From Balanoglossus misakiensis (lineage: Eukaryota > Animalia > Hemichordata), in the NCBI GenBank assembly GCA_040954595.2, contig CM082595.2, forward strand, positions 9,289,918 to 9,353,917: DNA of 64,000 nt, read 5' to 3'. The translations under genes and the position numbers were made by a program. Positions within the stretch are counted from its first letter, which is position 1, and each line of letters starts with the position of its first letter. The notes under the pieces are model-generated. The model saw nothing but the letters and a program-made list of their open reading frames with translations, did no database searches and was not told where the DNA came from. This document shows positions 41,201-54,493 of the stretch, piece by piece.

Positions 41201-44200
41201 ATCTATAAATTTCGTCGATTTTTGAAAAATTTTCAACTTTGCAAAATCTCAAAATTTCGTCGATTTTTGAAAAAAATAATGGGGGAAAATCATCAAAAAA
41301 TAACAAATTTTCGACTGCAAAATCTCAAAATTTCGTCGATTTTTGAAATAAATCATTGTTGAAAATTATCAAAAATTGACAAATTTTCCTTTTTGCAAAA
41401 TCTCAAAATTTCGTCGATTTTTTGAAAAAAGACGGGTGAAAATCATCTAAAAATGACAAATTTTCGACTTTGCAAAATCTCAAAATTTCGTTGATTTTTG
41501 AAAAAAATCATGGGGGAAAATCATCAAAAATGACAAATTTACGACTACAAAATCTCAAAATTTCGTCGATTTGTGAAAAAAAATCATGGGTGAAAATCAT
41601 CAAAAAATGACAAATTTTTGACTTTGCACAATCTCAAAATTTCGTCAATTTTGAAAAAAATCATGGGTGAAAATCATCAAAAAATGACAAATTTTCGACT
41701 TTGCAAAATCTGAAAATTTCATCGATTTTTGAAAAAATCATGGGTGAAAATCATGAAAAAATGACAAATTTTCGACTTTGCAAAATCTCAAAATTTCGTC
41801 GATTTTTGAAAAAAATCATGGGTGAATATCATCAAAAAATGACAAATTTTCGACTTTGCAAAATCTCAAAATTTCGTCGATTTTTGAAGAAAATCATGGG
41901 TGAAAATCATCAAAAAATGACAAATTTTCGACTTTGCAAAAATCTCAAAATTTCGTCGATTTTTGAAAAAAATCATGGGGGAAAATCATCAAAAAATTAC
42001 AAAATTTTCGACTGCAAAATCTCAAAATTTCGTCGATTTTTGAAAAAATCATGGGTGAAAATCATGAAAAAATGACAAATTTTCGACTTTGCAAAATCTG
42101 AAAATTTCGTCGATTTTTGAAAAAAATCATGGGGGAAAATGATCAAAAAATGACAAATTTTCGACTGCAAAATCTCAAAATTTCGTCAATTTTGAAAAAA
42201 ATCATGGGTGAAATCATCAAAAAATGACAATTTTTTTACTGCAAAATCTCAAAATTTGATCGATTTTTGAAAAAAATCATGGGTGAAAATCATCAAAAAA
42301 TGACAAATTTTCGACTTTGCAAAATCTCAAAATTTCGTCGATTTTTGAAGAAAATCAAGGGTGAAAATCATCAAAAAATGACAAATTTTCGACTTTGCAA
42401 AATCTCAAAATTTCGTCGATTTTTGAAAAAAAATCATGGGGAAAATGATCAAAAAATGACAAATTTTCGACTGCAAAATTTCAAAATTTCGTCAATTTTG
42501 AAAAAATCATGGGTGAAAATCATCAAAAAATGACAAATTTTCGACTGCAAAATCTCAAAATTTCGTCGATTTTTGAAAAAAAAAACGGGTGAAAATCATC
42601 AAAAAATGACAAATTTTCGACTGCAAAAACTCAAAATTTCGTCAATTTTTGAAAAAAATCATGGGTTAAAATCATCAAAAAATGACAAATTTTCCTCTTT
42701 GCAAAATCAATAAATTTCGTCGATTTTTGAAAAATTTTCAACTTTGCAAAATCTCAAAATTTCGTCGATTTTTGAAAAAATCATGGGGGAAAATCATCAA
42801 AAAATGACAAATTTTCGACTGCAAAATCTCAAAATTTCGTCGATTTTTGAAATAAATCATTGTTGAAAATTATCAAAAAATGACAAATTTTCCTCTTTAC
42901 AAAATCACAAAATTTCGTCGATTTTTTGAAAAAAGACGGGTGAAAATCATCTAAAAATGACAAATTTTCGACTTTGCAAAATCTCAAAATTTCGTTGATT
43001 TTTGAAAAAAATCATGGGGGAAAATCATCAAAAAATGACAAATTTACGACTACAAAATCTCAAAATTTCGTCGATTTGTGAAAAAAAATCATGGGTGAAA
43101 ATCATCAAAAAATGACAAATTTTCGACTTTGCAAAATCTCAAAATTTTGCCAATTTTGAAAAAAATCATGGGTGAAAATCATCAAAAAATGACAAATTTT
43201 TTACTGCAAAATCTCAAATTTTCGTCGATTTTTTAAAAAAATTGTTGAAAATCATCAAAAAATGACAATTTTTCGACTGCAAAATCTCAAAATTTCGTCG
43301 ATTTTTGAAAAAATCATGGGTGAAAATCATGAAAAAATGACAAATTTTCGACTTTGCAAAATCTGAAAATTTCGTCGATTTTTGAAAAAAATCATGGGGG
43401 AAAATGATCAAAAAATGACAAATTTTCGACTGCAAAATCTCAAAATTTCGTCAATTTTGAAAAAAATCATGGGTGAAAATCATCAAAAATGACAATTTTT
43501 TTACTGCAAAATCTCAAAATTTCATCGATTTTTGAAAAAAATCATGGGTGAAAATCATCAAAAAATGATAAATTTTCGACTTTGCAAAATCTCAAAATTT
43601 CGTCGATTTTTGAAGAAAATCAAGGGTGAAAATCATCCAAAAATGACAAATTTTCGACTTTGCAAATCTCAAAATTTCGTCGATTTTTGAAAAAAATCAT
43701 GGGGAAAATGATCAAAAAATGAAAAATTTTCGACTGCAAAAACTCAAAATTTCGTCAATTTTGAAAAAAAATCATGGGTGAAAATCATCAAAAAATGACA
43801 AATTTCCTCTTTGCAAAATCTATAAATTTCGTCGATTTTTGAAAAATTTTCAACTTTGCAAAATCTCAAAATTTCGTCGATTTTTGAAAAAAATCATGGG
43901 AGAAAATCATCAAAAAATGACAAATTTTTGACTGAAAAATCTCAAATTTTCGTCGATTTTTTAAAAAAAATTGTTGAAAATCATCAAAAAATGACAAATT
44001 TTTGACTTTGCAAAATCTCAAAATTTCGTCAATTTTGAAAAAAATCATGGGTGAAAATCATCAAAAAATGACAAATTTTCGACTTTGCAAAATCTCAAAT
44101 TTTCGTCGATTTTTGAAAAAAATCATGGGGGAAAATGATCAAAAAATGACAAATTTTCGACTGCAAAATTTCAAAATTTCGTCAATTTTGAAAAAATCAT

Positions 44201-47200
44201 GGGTGAAAATCATCAATTTATGACAAATTTTCGACTGCAAAAACTCAAAATTTCATCAATTTTGAAAAAAATCATGGGTGAAAATCATCAAAAATGACAA
44301 ATTTTCCTCTTTGCAAAATCTATAAATTTCGTCGATTTTTGAAAAATTTTCAACTTTGCAAAATCTCAAAATTTCGTCGATTTTTGAAAAAAATCATGGG
44401 GGAAAATCATCAAAAAATGACAAATTTTCGACTGCAAAATCTCAAAATTTCGTCGATTTTTGAAATAAATCATTGTTGAAAATTATCAAAAATTGACAAA
44501 TTTTCCTTTTTGCAAAATCTCAAAATTTCGTCGATTTTGAAAAAAATCATGGGTGAAAATCATCAAAAAATGACAAATTTTCGACTTTGCAAAATCTCAA
44601 AATTTCGTCGATTTTTGAAGAAAATCATGGATGAAAATCATCAAAAAATGACAAATTTTCCTCTTTGCAAAATCAATAAATTTCGTCGATTTTTGAAAAA
44701 TTTTCAACTTTGCAAAATCTCAAAATTTCGTCGATTTTTGAAAAAAATCATGGGGGAAAATCATCAAAAAATGACAAATTTTCGACTGCAAAATCTCAAA
44801 ATTTCGTCGATTTTTGAAATAAATCATTGTTGAAAATTATCAAAAAATGACAAATTTTCCTCTTTACAAAATCACAAAATTTCGTCGATTTTTTGAAAAA
44901 AGACGGGTGAAAATCATCTAAAAATGACAAATTTTCGACTTTGCAAAATCTCAAAATTTCGTTGATTTTTGAAAAAAATCATGGGGGAAAATCATCAAAA
45001 AACGACAAATTTACGACTACAAAATCTCAAAATTTCGTCGATTTGTGAAAAAAAATCATGGGTGAAAATCATCAAAAAATGACAAATTTTCGACTTTGCA
45101 AAATCTCAAAATTTTGCCAATTTTGAAAAAATCATGGGTGAAAATCATCAAAAAATGACAAATTTTTTACTGCAAAATCTCAAATTTTCGTCGATTTTTT
45201 AAAAAAATTGTTGAAAATCATCAAAAAATGACAAATTTTTGACTGCAAAATCTCAAAATTTCGTCGATTTTTGAAAAAATATCATTGTTGAAAATCATCA
45301 AAAAATGACAAATTTTCCTCTTTGCAAAATCTCAAAATTTCGTCGATTTTTGAAAAAAGACATGGGTGAAAATCATCAAAAAATGACAAATTTTCGACTT
45401 TGCAAAATCTCAAAATTTCGTCGATTTTTGAAAAAATCATGGGTGAAAATCATGAAAAAATGACAAATTTTCGACTTTGCAAAATCTGAAAATTTCGTCG
45501 ATTTTTGAAAAAAATCATTGGGGAAAATGATCAAAAAATGACAAATTTTCGACTGCAAAATCTCAAAATTTCGTCAATTTTGAAAAAAATCATGGTCGAA
45601 AATCATCAAATAATGACAATTTTTTTACTGCAAAATCTCAAAATTTGATCGATTTTTGAAAAAAATCATGGGTGAAAATCATCAAAAAATGACAAATTTT
45701 CGACTTTGCAAAATCTCAAAATTTCGTCGATTTTTGAAGAAAATCAAGGGTGAAAATCATCAAAAAATGACAAATTTTCGACTTTGCAAAATCTCAAAAT
45801 TTCGTCGATTTTTGAAAAAAATCATGGGGAAAATGATCAAAAAATGACAAATTTTCGACTGCAAAATTTCAAAATTTCGTCAATTTTGAAAAAATCATGG
45901 GTGAAAATCATCAAAAAATGACAAATTTTCGACTGCAAAATCTCAAAATTTCGTCGATTTTTGAAAAAAAAAACGGGTGAAAATCATCAAAAAATTACAA
46001 ATTTTCGACTGCAAAAACTCAAAATTTCGTCAATTTTGAAAAAAATCATGGGTGAAAATCATCAAAAAATGACAAATTTTCCTCTTTGCAAAATCTATAA
46101 ATTTCGTCGATTTTTGAAAAATTTTCAACTTTGCAAAATCTCAAAATTTCGTCGATTTTGGAAAAAAATCATGGGGGAAAATCATCAAAAAATGACAAAT
46201 TTTCGACTGCAAAATCTCAAAATTTCGTCGATTTTTGAAATAAATCATTGTTGAAAATTATCAAAAAATGACAAATTTTCCTCTTTGCAAAATCTCAAAA
46301 TTTCGTCGAGTTTTTGAAAAAAGACGGGTGAAAATCATGAAAAAATGACAAATTTTCGACTTTGCAAAATCTGAAAATTTCGTCGATTTTTGAAAAAAAT
46401 CATGGGGGAAAATGATCAAAAAATGACAAATTTTCGACTGCAAAATCTCAAAATTTCGTCAATTTTGAAAAAAATCATGGGTGAAAATCATCAAAAAATG
46501 ACAATTTTTTTACTGCAAAATCTCAAAATTTCATCGATTTTTGAAAAAAATCATGGGTGAAAATCATCAAAAAATGATAAATTTTCGACTTTGCAAAATC
46601 TCAAAATTTCGTCGATTTTTGAAGAAAATCAAGGGTGAAAATCATCCAAAAATGACAAATTTTCGACTTTGCAAAATCTCAAAATTTCGTCGATTTTTGA
46701 AAAAAATCATGGGGAAAATGATCAAAAAATGACAAATTTTCGACTGCAAAAACTCAAAATTTCGTCAATTTTGAAAAAAATCATGGGTGAAAATCATCAA
46801 AAAATGACAAATTTTCCTCTTTGCAAAATCTATAAATTTCGTCGATTTTTGAAAAATTTTCAACTTTGCAAAATCTCAAAATTTCGTCGATTTTTGAAAA
46901 AAATCATGGGAGAAAATCATCAAAAAATGACAAATTTTTGACTGAAAAATCTCAAATTTTCGTCGATTTTTTAAAAAAAATTGTTGAAAATCATCAAAAA
47001 ATGACAAATTTTTGACTTTGCAAAATCTCAAAATTTCGTCAATTTTGAAAAAAATCATGGGTGAAAATCATCAAAAAATGACAAATTTTCGACATTGCAA
47101 AATCTCAAATTTTCGTCGATTTTTGAAAAAAATCATGGGGGAAAATGATCAAAAAATGACAAATTTTCGACTGCAAAATTTCAAAATTTCGTCAATTTTG

Positions 47201-49877
47201 AAAAAATCATGGGTGAAAATCATCAATTTATGACAAATTTTCGACTGCAAAAACTCAAAATTTCATCAATTTTGAAAAAAATCATGGGTGAAAATCATCA
47301 AAAAATGACAAATTTTCCTCTTTGCAAAATCTATAAATTTCGTCGATTTTTGAAAAATTTTCAACTTTGCAAAATCTCAAAATTTCGTCGATTTTTGAAA
47401 AAAATCATGGGGGAAAATCATCAAAAAATGACAAATTTTCGACTGCAAAATCTCAAAATTTCGTCGATTTTTGAAATAAATCATTGTTGAAAATTATCAA
47501 AAATTGACAAATTTTCCTTTTTGCAAAATCTCAAAATTTCGTCGATTTTGAAAAAAATCATGGGTGAAAATCATCAAAAAATGACAAATTTTCGACTTTG
47601 CAAAATCTCAAAATTTCGTCGATTTTTGAAGAAAATCATGGGTGAAAATCATCAAAAAATGACAAATTTTCCTCTTTGCAAAATCAATAAATTTCGTCGA
47701 TTTTTGAAAAATTTTCAACTTTGCAAAATCTCAAAATTTCGTCGATTTTTGAAAAAAATCATGGGGGAAAATCATCAAAAAATGACAAATTTTCGACTGC
47801 AAAATCTCAAAATTTCGTCGATTTTTGAAATAAATCATTGTTGAAAATTATCAAAAAATGACAAATTTTCCTCTTTACAAAATCACAAAATTTCGTCGAT
47901 TTTTTGAAAAAAGACGGGTGAAAATCATCTAAAAATGACAAATTTTCGACTTTGCAAAATCTCAAAATTTCGTTGATTTTTGAAAAAAATCATGGGGGAA
48001 AATCATCAAAAAATGACAAATTTACGACTACAAAATCTCAAAATTTCGTCGATTTGTGAAAAAAAATCATGGGTGAAAATCATCAAAAAATGACAAATTT
48101 TCGACTTTGCAAAATCTCAAAATTTTGCCAATTTTGAAAAAATCATGGGTGAAAATCATCAAAAAATGACAAATTTTTTACTGCAAAATCTCAAATTTTC
48201 GTCGATTTTTTAAAAAAATTGTTGAAAATCATCAAAAAATGACAAATTTTTGACTGCAAAATCTCAAAATTTCGTCGATTTTTGAAAAAATATCATTGTT
48301 GAAAATCATCAAAAAATGACAAATTTTCCTCTTTGCAAAATCTCAAAATTTCGTCGATTTTTGAAAAAAGACATGGGTGAAAATCATCAAAAAATGACAA
48401 ATTTTCGACTTTGCAAAATCTCAAAATTTCGTCGATTTTTGAAAAAATCATGGGTGAAAATCATGAAAAAATGACAAATTTTCGACTTTGCAAAATCTGA
48501 AAATTTCGTCGATTTTTGAAAAAAATCATTGGGGAAAATGATCAAAAAATGAAAAATTTTCGACTGCAAAATCTCAAAATTTCGTCAATTTTGAAAAAAA
48601 TCATGGTCGAAAATCATCAAATAATGACAATTTTTTTACTGCAAAATCTCAAAATTTGATCGATTTTTGAAAAAAATCATGGGGGAAAATGATCAAAAAA
48701 TGACAAATTTTCGACTTTGCAAAATCTCAAAATTTCGTCGATTTTTGAAAAAAAAAACGGGTGAAAATCATCAAAAAATTACAAATTTTCGACTGCAAAA
48801 ACTCAAAATTTCGTCAATTTTGAAAAAAATCATGGGTGAAAATCATCAAAAAATGACAAATTTTCCTCTTTGCAAAATCTATAAATTTCGTCGATTTTTG
48901 AAAAATTTTCAACTTTGCAAAATCTCAAAATTTCGTCGATTTTGGAAAAAAATCATGGGGGAAAATCATCAAAAAATGACAAATTTTCGACTGCAAAATC
49001 TCAAAATTTCGTCGATTTTTGAAATAAATCATTGTTGAAAATTATCAAAAAATGACAAATTTTCCTCTTTGCAAAATCTCAAAATTTCGTCGAGTTTTTG
49101 AAAAAAGACGGGTGAAAATCATCTAAAAATGACAAATTTTCGACTTTGCAAAATCTCAAAATTTCGTTGATTTTTGAAAAAAATCATGGGGGAAAATCAT
49201 CAAAAAATGACAAATTAACGACTACAAAATCTCAAAATTTCGTCGATTTGTGAAAAAAAATCATGGGTGAAAATCATCAAAAAATGACAAATTTTCGACT
49301 TTGCAAAATCTCAAAATTTTGCCAATTTTGAAAAAATCATGGGTGAAAATCATCAAAAAATGACAATTTTTTTACTGCAAAATCTCAAATTTTCGTCGAT
49401 TTTTTAAAAAAATTGTTGAAAATCATCAAAAAATGACAAATTTTTGACTGCAAAATCTCAAAATTTCGTCGATTTTTGAAAAAAAATCATTGTTGAAAAT
49501 CATCAAATAATGACAAATTTTCCTCTTTGCAAAATCTCAAAATTTCGTCGATTTTTGAAAAAAGACGGGTGAAAATCATCAAAAAATGACAAATTTTAGA
49601 CTTTGCAAAATCTCAAAATTTCGTCGATTTTTGAAAAAAAATCATGGAGGAAAATCATTAAAAAATGACAAATTTACGACTGCAAAATCTCAAAATTTCG
49701 TCGATTTGTGAAAAAAAATCATGGGTGAAAATCATCAAAAAATGACAAATTTACGACTGCAAAATCTCAAAATTTCGTCGATTTGTGAAAAAAAATCATG
49801 GGTGAAAATCATCAAAAAATGACAAATTTTTGACTGCAAAATCTCAAAATTTCGTCGATTTTTGAAAAAAATCATGG
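8281..49877 (+). repeat. Tandem satellite array, 78-bp monomer, ~41.6 kb (over 500 units), single orientation
   Basis: Consensus GGGTGAAAATCATCAAAAAATGACAAATTTTCGACTTTGCAAAATCTCAAAATTTCGTCGATTTTTGAAAAAAATCAT repeated head-to-tail, with shorter variants (76-bp CGACTGC form, ~42-bp ...ACAAATTTTGAAAAAAAAAC form). No foreign insertions seen. Confidence 0.99.
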
Positions 49878-50709
49878 CAGGTGTCAAAGGTATCCCCCTG
49901 TATTTGGCATTTCATGATAGTTTCATCCCTCCAAATACCAAAGCTGCACCTGTACAACAGGATGAGATATGGCACTGTATGACAGAGGTCATCAAAATCA
50001 CCTTATACATTTGGGCAAAAACCAACTGACACTTACATTCGTCCCTGTGGAACAAAAACCACACCTATCGCCCTGTTGGTTAGTGTCCAATTAAATGTAC
50101 AAAATCAATGACTTAGGCAGGTGCAACAGGTGACCCCGCCTTTGGTATATCATTATGGTCCCATCCGTATATGCCCCCCCCCCCAAGCCAAAGCTGCATG
50201 CATCTTCTGTAGATGCTCACTAAGCAAAAGTAGGTGAAAGGTCACATAAGGTCGCCCACAACTTGACGGGAAAATTGGACTTCATATTGATCCATGTGCA
50301 ACAAATACCACGCTACCACCCCTTTCATTGACCCCACAATTACGCATGCACATAATTATTGAGTTACGCAGGTGTCACAGGTGACCCCCGAATCGGGTGT
50401 ATTATTTTGGTCCCATACAGCTGCATGTAGCTGCGTGCCGTTACGGGCGACCTGATAACCCACACGGCCACCTGCGGGCCGACCCCCATACTGAACGTCC
50501 AGTTGCAACATCACGACTGAAGTAGGAACTTTTGAACGGCAACGAAGCCTGATCTCTGATTATTGCTGGTACCAAACTCCCTTCGTGCAAGAAAATCACT
50601 GGTCTGCTGACGTATTTCAGGCAATTTCCCAAACTACTATCCACTACATGTGACTACAATGCTAATGAAACCTCCCACAACATTAGCGACTTAGAGTCAA
50701 AGCCCACTG
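49876..50709 (+). repeat. Old diverged ~240-250 bp repeat units next to the satellite
   Basis: GCAGGTG(T/C)..AGGT..CCCC...AGCTGCA motif at ~49877, ~50117, ~50368. AATCACTGGTCTG...GTCAAAG block at ~50594 and ~53974 (552-663 and 3283-3398 in copy A), ~250 bp apart once the LINE is removed. Confidence 0.65.
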
Positions 50710-50759
50710 CCAGTGTAGCCGGGTTTGCGTAGACACATTTGAATGGCAACAGCTAACAA

Positions 50760-53700
50760 ATAATAACAATTCTTTATTTCAGACTTTAAAAAAAGTCCAT
50801 ATACCCAAAAGAGAGAAGAAAAAAAAACAATAATAATAATCTGACACTGAGACACACACAAAAAAAAACTTACATGATATACAATTGCTTTCGCCAATGT
50901 TTGAAAAATATGCTGTCAGTCGCTCTATCTGATGAACAGATCGCATCAAGTAAAACATTAGAAGAATTTTCGAGTCTACGCTTAAGATGGGTCCCTGGGA
51001 TCGTTTTGCTCGTTGCTATGGGCCTTTATAGGACATTACACCCCGATTTGGACTAAGCCGTTTTCAGAGTCTAACAAGGGGCTGGTAACTAGTTGAAAAT
51101 CTGCACGATTGTGAGCGCGCGCCCCCTGACGCCATTGATATGAAAATTAGCTAGGTCAAATTTCAAAAGCCTAAGGCTTTTTATTCCGTGACCTCAAAAA
51201 CGAACTTGATACGTATTCATTAGTTGCTTGAACCAGGGAAGATCGTGACGGATTTTGTTTTCGAATATTATCGTTGTATCCTAAGATTTCAGCATACCCG
51301 TACCACACCTGAAAAAGTCATCGATTTTGGGTGTTTTTGGACGCACTCTTCCACCGGTATCGCTTCTTAGCACGACGAAAACCGAAAAAACGATCCGTCA
51401 CACTGTGCGGAAGTGCGTTCTCAACAAGCAGGTCAAATTTGACTGGCGTACGTGGCCTATGAAAAAAGCCTTAGGGATTTTCGTGAACGGTACAAAATCT
51501 CTGTGTACAAAACATTGGATTTTTAGCGTTCGATCCAGTTACTGTGGTTACAGGACGCGCACGCTATCGCTGACCGCTGCTTTGCCGTATTAGCGTGGCG
51601 GCCTATGGCCGGGTGGTAGCTGCCGTAAACATACTCGGACAGGGGGTGTGCACATAATCGTGCAGATTTTCAACTAGTTACCAGCCCCTTGTTAGACTCT
51701 GAAAACGGCTTAGTCCAAATCGGGGTGTAATGTCCTATAAAGGCCCACAGCAACGAGCAAAAAGATCCCAGGGACCCATCTTAAAACTGTACATATTGCG
51801 TCTAAAAACTTCACCAAGTGACAATACATGTACATGGTTTGTAGCAAACATACCCGATGCACAGCAAAATGGCGGAAGACCGAGAAATCTTCTGCAAACA
51901 TTATTGTACATAGTTTTAAATTTTTTCATCGGTTTAACTTTAAAGGATGCCCACAAACTGCAACAGTAAATATTACTACAATATGCCAAAAATAAAACTT
52001 TCTTCACATCTTGACTACAATGTTGAAAATGTCTCAATAGCATGTTTGCTCTTACACAAAATGCTCTTCTCTGTCGTTCAATATCTTCATTATCACAACC
52101 ATCACAAGATATAACATGGCCCAGATAGGTGTGTACAGGTACAAACTTTAAAGTGATGTCATTAAGTTTAACCGAAGGAATTCTTTGAACGCTCATATTC
52201 TTCCCATTAAAAAGCATGCACACAGTTTTACTAGAATTATAAATGATATCATAATCCTTGCCATAAATTTCACAAATTCTAAGAAGACGGCGTAGACCCT
52301 TAATACTTGGACTGAGTAGAGTCATGTCGTCAGCGTAACCTAAAGTGTTAGCGCTGACACCACACATGGTACAGCTAACTTTGGCTTTACAGAGTGCATT
52401 GATAATATCATCAATGTAGACATTAAAAAGATAGGGAGAGAGTACCCCCCCTTGTCTTACACCGTTAGAAACAGAAAACAACTCTGAGGTTTCATTACCC
52501 CACAACACAGTAAACAATTGATTTCTGTACCATTAATATAAAATTCGTACAGCATACAAGGGAACATTCCTGTCGATGTGCTTGTTAATTATAACCAGTT
52601 TAAAGTGATTAACTCTGTCAAAAGCTTTTGAAGCATCCAGAAAACAAGTAAACACTGGTCTTCCATTGCTGGTGTAGTAGCTAATGATTTCTTTAAATGC
52701 AAATAAACACAGGTCAGTTGAATGTTCTCGCTTGAAACCAAATTGTAAATAATGAGAGGTAAGAAACTCCTCACAACGAGAAAGTAAAATATGCTCAAAA
52801 ACTTTAGAGAAAACAGTTGCTAGTGCTATCGGCCGGTAGTTACTGGCATCACTACAAAGCTTAGTTTTATCCTTAATAATTGGAACTAAATTAACATTGA
52901 TAGCCTCAGTTGGCAGGTAACCATGAACAATCATTGCATTAATACAACAAGTCAAAAAGGGTAAAATAGAGGAGTCTGAGAATTTGAGGTGCTCAGCTAA
53001 AATATTGTCAATGCCAGCTGTCTTACCATCAGGTAACTTATGTATAGCAGAAATTACTTCGTCTTCAGAAACATACATATCAGAAGAAAATTTAACATAC
53101 TTCATTTTCTCCTCGATGTCATTTTTACCAGTCTGAGCCTGGACAGAATTCAAAATATCACTGAAATGCTTGTGCCACATAATTGCAATTTCACTCTCAC
53201 CAGTCGCTCCACCTACAGTGTCAGAAAGCGGCGTTTTTCTGCTAGTTTGCTTTCTGACTTCCTCCCAGAAGTCGTTCTGTTTGTGGCAGCGTAAATTATC
53301 AGCCATCTTGTCAGCCCTATTTTGATTCTCAATCTTTTTACAAGCACGTAAAGCATACTAAAAACGAGCTCTGGAAGATTTCATGGTTTCAAAAAGCGGG
53401 CCTTGTTTAGGTTAACCCACATTAACCCATAATAAAAACATGGAACGGGCATAGTCGTGACTTTCTTTTACAAAATCGTTCCAGCCAGGCACAACATGAA
53501 CTTTCTGGTGAAACTTACGTCTAATGGTATCTTTTGCAGCACAATTCAATGCGTCCACAATACTACTATAACAAGTATCAATTGCCTGTAAATGCGAAGG
53601 GTCTGTACAGTTCACATTAGTGCAGAATAACTCTTCGGATAAATTAATCTTATCAATCTTGGCTTTGGTACAACCGGTGTAGGCGGATATATTCTGCTGT

Positions 53701-53891
53701 GACAATTTTTTCCAATCAACTCGAAAATTACATTGCTTGAAGGAACTACTGCTGAAGCTTTCATCAGCAGAAGTGTTGAAATGAACCTCTATTGAAACAG
53801 GAATATGGTCGGAGTCAACAACATTGCAAAGACTCGAAATTGAAAGAACATTGCTATGAGAAATTTCAGTGGTAACACAGTAGTCAATCCA
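50760..53891 (-). mobile_element. Degenerate LINE ORF2 plus 3' UTR, copy B (RTE-group, possibly Proto2-like; clade tentative)
   Basis: Single reading frame from WIDY (53891) through RT, with stops near 53412, 53358 and 52533. Removing the 50986-51784 insertion restores ...RNMYSFKRRLENSSNVLLDAICSSDRATDSIFFKHWRKQLYIM* (stop at 50870), followed by a T-rich UTR, AATAAA and a short (TTA) tail at ~50760. Confidence 0.93.
50986..51780. mobile_element. 795-bp TIR element with 125-bp TIRs and TTAA target duplication (Kolobok-like), inserted in the LINE
   Basis: TIRs 50986-51110 and 51656-51780 (GATGGGTCCCTGGGATC...; 2 mismatches seen), TTAA at 50982-50985 and 51781-51784. Removing it restores the LINE reading frame. 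Confidence 0.93.
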
Positions 53892-54493
53892 AACTCAGCG
53901 TAATTCAATAAAACGCCCTAACACAGCCTGAACTCCGATAATGTGTTGTCCCAAAATTCATTCCGTGGAAAATAATCACTGGTCTGTTTACGTATTTCAG
54001 CCGATTTTCCAAGGACTACTGCAACCCGCCAGAAGTGAGTAGCCTGCTAATGAGATCTCCACAACATAACGTAATGACGGTCAAAGTCCGATGCCCCAGT
54101 GTCCGTCCTCAGCCCACCAAAAAAGCGAAAAAATATTACAAAAATCTTCTTCTCAAAATCGACGTGGCCTAGGACCTTGAAATTTGGCACAGGGGATTTT
54201 TGCCACATGGTCTACAAATATCGCGAAAAGAATGTACATGCCCCAATTAACGTGCAAATTAGGTCAATTTGAAAATTTCGCTCGATTATAGCAACAAAGT
54301 CACGTGACTAATTACAAATTCAAAGGGCTGGTGCACCAGTACTATGGGCCCCAACCACCGTGCCAAATTTGGAAGGCGCACCTGCCGGAATTTCAGAGAA
54401 AAACGGGCGCAAAAAAACGACTCAAGAAGAAAGAAGACAAACTCCAGCAATAACAGAAGGGGACCAAGCGCCTGAGGGCTCTTGGTCCCCTAA
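53892..54493 (-). mobile_element. Probable Helentron/HINE-like terminus, copy B
   Basis: Hairpin 54459-54490 GGGGACCAAGCG-CCTGAGGG-CTCTTGGTCCCC (11/12 paired) followed by TAA; adjacent (GAA)-rich tract. Confidence 0.5.

Noticed and set aside
8248-49038. Many ORFs repeating MGENHQKMTNFRLCKISKFRRFLKKI
   Set aside because: 78 is divisible by 3 and one frame lacks stops by chance. Frequent frameshifts in A-runs and no splice signals show these are satellite translations, not a repeat protein.
8281-49877. CRISPR-like or programmed repeat-spacer array
   Set aside because: No unique spacers (units are contiguous), no cas genes, and the context is eukaryotic.
8281-49877. CENP-B box / centromere call
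   Set aside because: TTCG and occasional CGGG occur but not with the TTCG-N4-A-N2-CGGG spacing. Centromere function cannot be read from sequence alone.
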